From NCBI RefSeq assembly GCF_006345805.1, contig NW_021832615.1, forward strand, positions 1 to 29,744: a stretch of 29,744 nt of DNA, read 5' to 3'. A program made the position numbers and the translations under genes. Under the pieces are notes generated by a model that made no database searches, was not told the DNA's origin, and saw nothing but the letters and a program-made list of their open reading frames with translations. Origin of the DNA: Octopus sinensis (taxonomy: Eukaryota). This document shows positions 10,941 to 20,469 of this stretch, piece by piece. Positions within the stretch are counted from its first letter, which is position 1, and each line of letters starts with the position of its first letter.

Positions 10941-12557
10941 GTCGTAAACGAGACTGATATTTAGAGTATATCATTTTACACTTTAACTGGTTCCAATAGA
11001 CAGTATTTGTCCACACAGGAATACTTTTGTCACAGAAGGAACTAAACGTCTATATTCATCACCGTCTTCGTCCTTGTATTAGTATTCTCCTGTATACTTC
11101 ACGGTATTCCTCGTGTTTTCGATAAATTGACACCAAACCAATTTTTTATGATTTCTTTGGATAACGTTGTTCTATCAATAGACAGATTTAAAGTGCTTGA
11201 CAATACAGCCGTATCTCTCGCAAATAATATTTTATTTTCTTGAAAAAAGTATATACTGAAAATAATAATCCGAGATAGGCTGTTTTGAAAAAAAGGGAAC
11301 GCGTGAAAATGTAGATTGTTTAGTCATGATTAGAACGTTTCCATTACAGGTCGGCTCGATCAGCGCTGAACTGGGGTTAAACAGTCACAGCAACAACGAT
11401 GACAACGGCAGCAATAGCAGCAGCAGCAACAAAAATAATAACAAGAGCAGTAAAAACAACAGCAAAAGTAACAACGACAACAACAACGGCGCCTTGTTGA
11501 ATTTCATAGACTTCATTTAAACACTTCGCAACAGTCGTCTGCATAAACATTTCATTACCCTTTAATGGTCGTCTGTCTGTTTAAGAGAGTTGTTTAAGAG
11601 CGCCATAACGAATAGTTTAATTCTGTAGTAGAAACATTTCAACACGCCACATCAGAAAACATGTAAACACGTTATAACGATCGTCAATTTCTCCTGATAG
11701 ATATAACACGGATTTCAACGTGACGACTTAAACGAAATTAAAACTGAACGGTCGTCTGCACATTTAACAGAGATATTTAAAACACCCATAACATTCGTTT
11801 GTTCACTTCATAGGAATATATTTTTAACTATCAAGTTACTCATTGATGTTGTTTAACCACAGGCTAAATCTCAATGGGCAAAACTATGATCAAAAGCATT
11901 CCAGTCACGAGCAGTCATTTTAATTTCAATCATCGAATAATGCTGTTCTCGATGCACATTGCATCCTTCCTGTTTAAACAAGGTTGGCTGCAATTTGATA
12001 AAGATCAAATGACCAAATGCAGACTCTTGTTGATTCGCGCAAGTTACTCATTAATGTAGATGTCGCTGTTAGGTAACTCCACGATCGAATCTATGGCATG
12101 CAGGTAGTCGACTTAAAGTTGAAACATGACCCACAGATCTGATTTTGCGCTTATGCCATATCTCCAACAAGCACCAATCATTTACAAAAGGCGAAATCAG
12201 GTGATCTAGTGGTCTCGGCGCTGGAGACGGCGGGGGTTTAACACCTCGCTAGCTATATAAACAAGAGTGCTTATATGCACCAAAAGCCAATATAAGAGTT
12301 TCTCTCGTGGTATCTTCCTCAGTATTTGTTCTACCAGGACATCCACATTTAAATATTACCTCTCTGTTGTGTGATAGTTTGAAAATATTAAACACTCTTT
12401 ATAGTCCAATCTAATGCCGTTTACAGCGGAGATGAGAAACATGGGCTTCGTCCGGGTGAGACGGTTGCTGTTCTTCTGTATTTCTTCTTAAAGATGTGCA
12501 TCTTAACACAGTTTTTAGTGGGATTTAGAACTGATATCATTTGGCTTAGCCTCAATC

Positions 12558-12648
12558 CATAAAATAAGTACCAGTCAAGTACTGAGGTTGATATAATCGA
12601 CAAGTCCCCTTCCCCAAAATTTCAGGCCTTGTGACTACAGTACGAAAG
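12558..12648 (+). mobile_element. SINE family B, 3' fragment (tail type 2)
   Basis: AAAATAAGTACCAGT...GATATAATCGAC...CCCCAAAATTTCAGGCCTTGTG matches 27370-27450. It runs into (ACT)n. Confidence 0.75.
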
Positions 12649-12661
12649 ACTACTACTACTA

Positions 12662-12744
<83 letters not shown>

Positions 12745-12782
12745 GCTACTGCTGCTGCTGCTACTACTACCACTACTACTAT

Positions 12783-12843
<61 letters not shown>
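12649..12843. repeat. (ACT)n/(GCT)n compound trinucleotide repeat
   Basis: Directly visible. Confidence 0.95.
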
Positions 12844-12844
<1 letters not shown>

Positions 12845-12960
12845 TTGGAATGGTAGAAGTTCTTGCAGTTTATTGTCCTAGCTTTTACTTTTCTGAGTTC
12901 GTATCACAACGAGTTCAATATTGACTTTCATCTCTTGGTGCGGTAATATGTGATATCAGT

Positions 12961-13180
12961 AAGGCAGTAAGTCGGCAGAATCGTTAGCACGCCGGGCAGA
13001 ATACTTAGCGGCATTTCGTCCGTCTTTACGTTCTGAGTTCAAATTCTGCTTGGGTCGACTTTACCCTTCATCCTTTTTGGGGGTCAATAAAATAAGTACC
13101 AGTTGAGCAATAGGGTCGATGTAATAGACATTATCCCTCCGCCGAAAATGCTGGCCTTGTACCAAAATTTAAAACCATTA
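12961..13180 (+). mobile_element. SINE family B (tail type 2); central domain resembles the Meta/MESC SINE domain
   Basis: GGCAGAATCGTTAGCACGCC (A-box-like), GAGTTCAAATTC (B-box-like), GTCGACTTTACCCTTCATCCTTTTTGGGGGTCAATAAAATAAGTACC. The domain name is from recall and is unverified. Confidence 0.8.
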
Positions 13181-13264
13181 TATAGCATCAGTCAAATACT
13201 GCAGTCGACAATGATAATATCGGATTTCGCTTTAAGGCCTCACGCCCCTTATTGTTATCATCAC

Positions 13265-13682
13265 TACCTATTTCTTTACTACCTACAAGGGGCTAAACAC
13301 AGAGAGGACAAACAAGGACAGACAAACGGATTAAGTCGATTATATCGACCCCAGTGCGTAACTGGTACTTATTTAATCGACCCCAAAAAGATGAGAAGCA
13401 AAGTCGACCTCGGCGGAATTTGAACTCAGAACGTAACGGCAGACAAAATACCTATTTCTTTACTACCCACAAGGGGATAAACACAGAAGGGACAAACAAG
13501 GACAGAGAAACGGATTAAGTCGATTATGTCGACCCCAGTGCATAACTAGTACTTATTTAATCGACCCCGAAAGGATGAAAGGCAAAGTTGACCTCGGCGG
13601 AATTTGAACTCAGAACGTAACGGCAGACGAAATACCACTAAGCATTTCGCTCGGCGTGCTAACGTTTCTACCAGCTCGACGC
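13265..13682 (-). mobile_element. SINE family B head-to-tail dimer (tail type 1): full unit 13449-13682 plus 5'-truncated unit 13265-13448
   Basis: Two near-identical tandem units joined at ...GGCAGACAAAA-TACC-TATTTCTTTACTACC.... Confidence 0.9.
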
Positions 13683-14371
13683 TTTTTGTCATCACTGCCA
13701 TCATCATCATCATCACCACTACCATGGCAACAACTGCCACGTCCGCCACTACCGCTACCACCATCACCATTATCATCACAGCTCCATCATAATCTTTGTT
13801 ATTACTCTGTTAAGACGTTTGGTACCCAGTCATATTTCTCTGGTACTTGGTATTGGTTGTCTCTAGTTTATTTTTATAGTCGGGTATTTCTGGCGTACAA
13901 CTGAAGTTTTTCTGGGTTGTTGATCTGTTTGTTACTTGCTAGAATTTGACATGTTCTTCTGCGAAACGTTTTTCGCAGGTTAGCATTCTTTACAGTTTGT
14001 TTCTGTTCAAATGCTGCTATGTGAGAAGAAATAAGGCAAAACCCCGAAAGAAAAAAAAAGTTCCCTTATTTTGGTAAGAAAAGAATACTACCTAGTAGTC
14101 TGGCAACTTTCCAGCAGGCATCAAACAGGGTTTAAAAATAAAGCAGATAGATTTAGGGAATAGAGAGGGAAAGCAAAGTAATAAATATTCAGGAAGAAAA
14201 GAAAAAAGAAAAAAATTCCTAAAAAATTCGGGACTACGGCATTGCAATTCATCGCAGGTATAGATATGTATGCGTGCACTCACACGCGCGCGCGAGCGTG
14301 TGTGTGTTAGAGACGGCGTACTTAAGTGCGTGTGAGTACATATAACATTAGAAATTTATAAATATTATACA

Positions 14372-14374
<3 letters not shown>

Positions 14375-14447
<73 letters not shown>

Positions 14448-14493
14448 GTATATATATATATGTATATGTATGTATATATATATATATATATAT

Positions 14494-14522
<29 letters not shown>
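14375..14522. repeat. (TA)n array
   Basis: Directly visible. Confidence 0.95.
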
Positions 14523-14524
<2 letters not shown>

Positions 14525-14671
14525 TTTCCTTTGGTTTGTGTCTATGTTTTCGTTTCTCATTGTGTTCGACGTCCTTTTGGTGTCCTGTACTCATATATGC
14601 GTGTATATGTACATGTAGAGGTAGGTACGTACATATATGTTTATATATATGCATATGTTTTATTTTATTTA

Positions 14672-14714
<43 letters not shown>

Positions 14715-14716
14715 AT

Positions 14717-14787
14717 GCCCAGATAACCGAAGAGATGGTGGTGTGGATTTCCACCTCGGCATCCGAAACTCAGAGTTTTATCTTGGC
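14717..14787 (+). ncRNA. Type I hammerhead-ribozyme-like motif, family H1, copy 2
   Basis: GCCCAGATAA (stem I, 9/10 bp with TTATCTTGGC)-CCGAAGA-GATG[GTGGT]GTGG(ATTT)CCAC[CTCGG]CATC-C-GAAA-CTC-A-GAG-T-T. Follows (TA)n at about 14676-14712. Confidence 0.65.
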
Positions 14788-14844
14788 TACCGAATAACTG
14801 TCACATATTATTTTACAGATATATATATGTATATGTTTGTGTGT

Positions 14845-15187
14845 GTGAAGGTGCATGACTCAGTGGTTAGAGAGTCGAGCTTACAATCGTGAGGTTGTGA
14901 GTTTGAATCCCAGACCGGGCTGCGTGTTGTGTTCTTGAGCAAGACACTTTATTTCACGTTGCTCCAGTTCACTCAGCTGTAGAAATGAGTTACGACGTCA
15001 CAGGTGACAAGCTGTATCGGCCTTCGCCTTTCCCTTGGATAACATCGGTGGCGTGGAGAGGGAAGGCCAGTATGCATGGGCGACTGCTGGTCTTTGGTCT
15101 TCCATAAACAACCTTGCCCGGACTTGTGCCTTGGAGGGTAACTTTCTAGGTGCAATCCCATGGTTAGTCATGACCGAAGGGGGTCTC
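14845..15187 (+). mobile_element. SINE family D, full length (tRNA-like head, CORE/V-like central domain)
   Basis: A box TGACTCAGTGG (14856), B box GTTTGAATCC (14901), CTTGAGCAAGACACTT...TTGCTCCAGTTCACTCAGCTG. The 3' end recurs at 21878-21944. Confidence 0.8.
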
Positions 15188-15225
15188 AGCATATATATAT
15201 ATATATATATGTATATAAAGCAAGG

Positions 15226-15301
15226 GAGTGACTCAAGAGAGTTTCCTGTATTGGCACTTGATAAGCACCAACGCACGAAACTCACGGGTCTTGAGTCGCT
15301 C
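15226..15301. other. 76-nt imperfect inverted repeat / hairpin
   Basis: GAGTGACTCAAGA pairs with TCTTGAGTCGCTC (13 bp, one G-U), GAGTTTC with GAAACTC (7 bp), TTGG with CCAA. Confidence 0.7.
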
Positions 15302-15398
15302 TGTTTTTTCTGCTAAATATCAATAACAATATACGTATACTCATGTTTTGAGTTCTATTTTTCCTATTTCAACCAACACATCTATATACATATATATG

Positions 15399-15478
<80 letters not shown>

Positions 15479-15923
15479 TATATATAATATATATATATAT
15501 ACATATGTATATATACACGTATGTATATATACATATATACACACATAATTAATAATCTCACAAAACATTGTCGGATTACTATATGGACATTTATACAGAA
15601 TTCGTATGACTCATATCTATACTTAGTACGGATTAATTAATTCTTTTAAACACGGACAAATTTTTATATGAACGATTTTCTTCCTTTTATATCTCTGAAG
15701 AATGGTTATGCAGCTCCAACATGCTTATCATTTCGATTTTCAGATAAGTTACATAATCATGAACCGAGCGTAAGAATTTTCATACATCTTCTTATTATAT
15801 ATTGTACATTCCTATTCTAATCATTTACGTGGTAATACAATTTTATATATCAATATACTTCTTGTTACGAATATATACCAAATATACTTATTCCATTCTC
15901 TCTCTCTCTCCTATATATATATA

Positions 15924-15971
<48 letters not shown>

Positions 15972-16130
15972 AGTTGAAGTTTTTAGAAAAACAAAAGACG
16001 AAGACAGGTGTGTGAACAACAAGCAAGTGTATTAGTTTGACGCTCAGAAAATGAAAAAGTCTTCACCGTTTCGAGCCTACGCTCTTCAACAGAAAGGAAT
16101 AAGAGAAAATTAACAGAGAGAGAATAAAAA
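15972..16130 (-). mobile_element. H2 element, copy 3 (hammerhead-like motif at 16060-16097)
   Basis: Minus CCTTT-CTGTTGA-A-GAGC(GTAG)GCTC-GAAA-CGG-T-GAAGA. Homologous to 3659-3826. Abuts (TA)n at about 15910-15968. Confidence 0.65.
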
Positions 16131-16152
16131 ACTTGTAGGTTTCAGCTCTGTC

Positions 16153-16244
<92 letters not shown>

Positions 16245-16344
16245 ATACTTCCTATGTGTGTGTGTGTTTATACACATGCACTAACGTTTAGATATCTTTT
16301 AAAATTTGCTCAATATATATATATGTATATATATATAAATATAT

Positions 16345-16386
<42 letters not shown>

Positions 16387-16397
16387 TATATGATTAT

Positions 16398-16630
16398 GAT
16401 CATGATGAAGGCACTAGCTTCATTTCAGAGGAATTTGACTGCTATATTTAGCAGGTCGGTGCGTAAGTACTTAACTTACAACGGATGGAGCAGTATACCC
16501 AAGCTTTGGTTAAGTACTGCAAGGCGAAATGCTGCAGCGATGTGGGTACCTGCTTACAACATAACTCATTCAGCAATTTTGAGTTTATATATTTTGACAG
16601 GAGAAAAAAATAAAGTTTCACTAGAGATCC
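16398..16630 (+). mobile_element. Probable decayed Ty3/Gypsy integrase fragment
   Basis: [20 protein letters not shown] / MEQYTQALVKYC / WVPAYNITHSAILSLYILTGEKNKVSLEI parallels SDxGxxFxSxEF...ERxNxTL...AYNxxxHSxTGxSPYxLxFGxxxxLPxDI, across frameshifts. Confidence 0.5.
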
Positions 16631-16841
16631 ACATTCTATTCAGGCTAGATCCATTTCTCATCCATCTTCTTTTATTCTGATGAAGCCATAAAATACAAAC
16701 GAACATATATACACTCTTACATAGATACATGGTCTCTTTCTCTCTCTCTCTTTACATACATATATATATGTACATATAAAATATATACATATATATATAC
16801 ATGTATATATATATATATATAATACATGTATATATATATAT

Positions 16842-16884
<43 letters not shown>

Positions 16885-16920
16885 ATATATTATATATATA
16901 TATATATTATATATAATACA

Positions 16921-16956
<36 letters not shown>

Positions 16957-17297
16957 TGTATGTATGTATTTACAAACCCTCATAAATCTATGTTTGAACA
17001 TTTTGGGAGATACTATCCATAGTCAGAGCTATACAATGGCGTTGAATAAATCCAAGATTAATATCAAACAAGACAAGTACAATATGGTTTGCATCTATAT
17101 ATCGTAACTTTCTTTATGATATCTCTATAATAATGACCAGAAGATTTCGACAAGCAATAGATGTCTGTAAAGGTATACTTGACAAAACACCATCGATATC
17201 AGATATCAAAACCCACTGTTTTATGTAGCGAGCTGACAAAACGTCGTCTGTAAAAGTTTCTGTTATTGCTGAAACGAGATATATTTGTTGTGTTTCG

Positions 17298-17440
17298 GCT
17301 AGATTCATCAGCGATGTATATATGTATTTCCTGTTTCGTTGGTGTCTAGCGTGTTTACCTACGAGAGGATGTGTAACTTAGTATAAACAGTTTAGTAAGC
17401 TGTAGAGGAAATTTGGATCTCTAATCAAGTGACTGCGTAC
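17298..17440 (+). repeat. 143-bp direct repeat, copy 1
   Basis: About 12 substitutions relative to 18052-18194 by manual alignment, no indels. Confidence 0.95.
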
Positions 17441-17829
17441 GTATGAATGTGTATGTATGTATATTAAGCTACAAGTTGGCCAAATGGAGAAAGCATTAAC
17501 TATCGGGGGGATGAATTGCAATTCCACAACTGGAGAAATTCCCCTGCTTCTGAATGTAAGGTTCTACGATTAACAGGTTCACATACTTGCAGGTGATAGA
17601 CAAAAGAATTCTAGAATCCGTTCTTTATTATATTTAAAAGGTGATATAAAATTCAGAACGAAGTTTCTTGAGAAATTAGCTATCACTTTTGTTTACCTCA
17701 CCAGCTTAATAATGTGTGTGTGAGTGTGTGTGTGTGTCTGAGTGTGAGTGTGTGTGTTTGTGCGAGTGTGCATGTGTGTATGTAATACAAAGATTTCTTT
17801 CTTTCAGTCTCTGTATATATCTGTTTCTC

Positions 17830-17879
<50 letters not shown>

Positions 17880-18004
17880 TTCTTCTTCTTCTTCTTCTTC
17901 TTCTTCTTCTTCTTCTTCTTCTTCTTCTTTTCTTCTTCTTCTTCTTCTTCTTCTTCTTCTTCTTCTTCTTCTTCTTCTTCTTCTTCTTCTTCTTCTTCTT
18001 CTTC
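17830..18004. repeat. (CAT)n followed by (CTT)n
   Basis: Directly visible. Confidence 0.95.
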
Positions 18005-18051
18005 TCTGTCTCTCTTTCTCACTCTATCTATCTAGTTATCTAGCTAAGTAA

Positions 18052-18194
18052 GCTAGATTCATCAACGATGTATGTGTGTATTCCCTGATTCGTTGGTGTC
18101 TAATGTGTTTGCCTATGAGAGGTTGTGAAACTTAGTATAAACAGTTTAGTGAGCTGTAGAGGAAATTTGGATCTCTAATCAAGTGACTGCGTAC
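18052..18194 (+). repeat. 143-bp direct repeat, copy 2
   Basis: Matches 17298-17440. Confidence 0.95.
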
Positions 18195-18292
18195 TTACAA
18201 ATGCGGTCTGTCTGTCTTTCTGCCTGTCTGTCTACCTGTTTGTTTGATAACTCTTTCCACCCCACTCCTCACAATACCTAACAAATACTTCA

Positions 18293-18433
18293 GACAAAAT
18301 GATCTCTGGTAACATTGCTATTTGTCTCACGCCAACTCTGATGGACCACACCTATGATGTTAGACATTCCAATTGTGAACATTACGTCTTGTCAGAAGCA
18401 TCAGTTCATACTTCACCCTTTTGTACAATGTAG
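18293..18433 (+). CDS. Candidate exon or pseudo-exon with a RhoGAP-like C-terminal motif
   Basis: Translates DKMISGNIAICLTPTLMDHTYDVRHSNCEHYVLSEASVHTSPFCTM*. The start resembles the RhoGAP signature NKMxxxNLA(I/V)(C/V)FxPTL. CAG acceptor at 18291-18293 with CCTAAC upstream; no strong donor. Confidence 0.3.
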   Translation, partial: DKMISGNIAICLTPTLMDHTYDVRHSNCEHYVLSEASVHTSPFCTM

Positions 18434-18559
18434 TTCTAGACCAAATTTTCTGAAAATCTAGAAAGGTCACGCCTGGAATGTCCTGGATAAAATGTCTTCT
18501 TGATCAAGGATTAACTGGACTAAACAACAATGTCTGTCTCAATAAATTGGTTACTTGTA

Positions 18560-18592
<33 letters not shown>

Positions 18593-18758
18593 GTGCTTGT
18601 GTGTGTGAGTGTGTGCGAGTGTGCGTGTGTGTATGTAAGTGTGCACGCGGGCAAGATTTAATTTTACATTCTGAGAATGCTTTCATCTTTCAACACCGAC
18701 TCACACAAACACACACACATACGCACACACACATACACACACACACACACATACGCGC

Positions 18759-18811
<53 letters not shown>

Positions 18812-18820
18812 TACACACAA

Positions 18821-18955
18821 GACGCGCTTCTTTTATTTTCCGACACTACCAAATTCACTCACAAGGCTTTGGTCGGCCTGAGGTTATAGCAAAAGACAAT
18901 CGCCCGTGGTGTCACACAGTGGAGCTGAACCCAAAACCACGAGCTTGGGAAGCAA
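18821..18955 (-). mobile_element. SINE family A, 5' half, diverged; (CA)n at 18697-18818 is probably its internal microsatellite
   Basis: CTACCAAATTCACTCACAAGGCTTTGGTCGGCCTGAGGTTATAG matches the A body. Confidence 0.7.
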
Positions 18956-19124
18956 TGCCTGCTCCTATCAATATGCTGCGAGCTCCCCAGGATTGTCGGT
19001 AGCTCCTTAATTTAGAAAATCTCAAAAAAAATTTTGTATTCAGAAAGAAAGTAGTCAATCTCATTCTTTTACGCTTCAGCCAACCTCACCAGTTTAATTA
19101 TATATTTATGAAAGACAACTCTTT

Positions 19125-19298
19125 GGCAGAATCGTTAGCACGCCGGGCAAAATGCTGAGCGGCATTTCGTCCGTCTCACGTTCTGAGTTCAAATTCCACC
19201 GCGATCGAATTTTACTTTCGTCCTTTTAAGTCGATAAAATAAGTAGCAGCTGAGTGCTGGAGTCGAAATAGCTGGCCTTGTGCCAAAATATGAAACCA
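19125..19298 (+). mobile_element. SINE family B (tail type 2) with an internal deletion
   Basis: GGCAGAATCGTTAGCACGCCGGGC...GTTCTGAGTTCAAATTCC...GCTGGCCTTGTGCCAAAATATGAAACC, colinear with 12961-13180. Confidence 0.8.
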
Positions 19299-19692
19299 AT
19301 AATAAATCTGTCGTAGCTTTAAGTTGGTATTTGTTTCTACGTGTCTTTTATTTGTATATATTTTACTTTAATGTTATACATTTTGTGGATAATAACGTCG
19401 ATAGTTATGTGCTTTTCAACAGTCCAGTCACTGGTTTACAGGATTCCCGGATGGGCAATAGAAACAAAGGATGTTTATGTTTAACACGAGCGGAGTAAAC
19501 ATCGGGAGAGAATATTAGCGACAGTTTTCTCGCCAATGAATACGCTATTTCTCAATATGCACACATACACAAGCGCGCCTGTGCACACGTACATACACAG
19601 TACATACAAATACACATACATTTTCAAATGAATTCCGATGGGTATCACGGAACAAATGTCTATCTATCTCTCTATCTATCTTTTTTTATTAC

Positions 19693-19784
<92 letters not shown>

Positions 19785-19791
19785 TTACCTC

Positions 19792-19850
<59 letters not shown>

Positions 19851-20469
19851 TCATATATATGTATTTTTTTAAAGTTATCTTAAGGATTTATTTAAGTTTT
19901 TCAGAATACAAACCAGCCACTAACAGAATGGTATGGTTCTTTTGTTTATGTCAAGGCAGCTCCCGAGGTTTGTGGTTAACTGAACTGGTTAATGTTTGTG
20001 TGAGTGTGTGTCTGTGTGTGTGTGTCTTTGTGCGTGTGTGTCTTTGTGTTTGTGCGTGTGCGTGAGTGTCTGTATGTTATTCATATGTGTGTGTCCGAAC
20101 GAATAAACTTGAACTCATATGTATGTATTCATGCATGCATGTATGTATGCATGTATGTATGTACATATGTATGTGTGTATGTATGCTTGTATGTATGCAT
20201 GCGTGGATGTATGTTATTCAGTTTCTTTCATGATTTCTTGCCAATGGAACCAAGTCTCCTTCATTGGTTTTTCTACAACATCAACATCAACAACATATTT
20301 ACACATGTCTGAGTGTATGCGTGCATGCGTGCAGTATTTGAAATCAGTGTATGTACAGAGTTGTATGTTTTGTTCTGTGTTTTCTTATGCCTAGAGTTGC
20401 ATGTCTAAACATGCATCCTTGTGTGTATGTATGTATCTATGGATATATATATATATGTATGTTTGTTTG

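Noticed and set aside
11020-11095. Minus-strand peptide YKDEDGDEY resembling a PB1 OPCA motif
   Set aside because: There is an in-frame stop immediately upstream, no flanking PB1 similarity and no splice sites.
13960-13979. 8-bp hairpin CTGCGAAA-CGTT-TTTCGCAG
   Set aside because: Short enough to arise by chance in 30 kb, with no supporting context.
14845-14920. tRNA gene calls for the SINE heads (also at about 640-710, 1081-1145 and 27782-27840)
   Set aside because: No complete cloverleaf or acceptor stem, and each continues into a SINE body.
17140-17230. MTRRFRQAIDVCKGILDKTP, vaguely TPR-like or RhoGAP-like
   Set aside because: Similarity is too short and ambiguous, and there is no clear acceptor or donor.
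17472-17585. WPNGESINY...NW...EC, vaguely C-type-lectin-like
   Set aside because: Spacing does not fit the domain, splice signals are weak and the frame is closed upstream.
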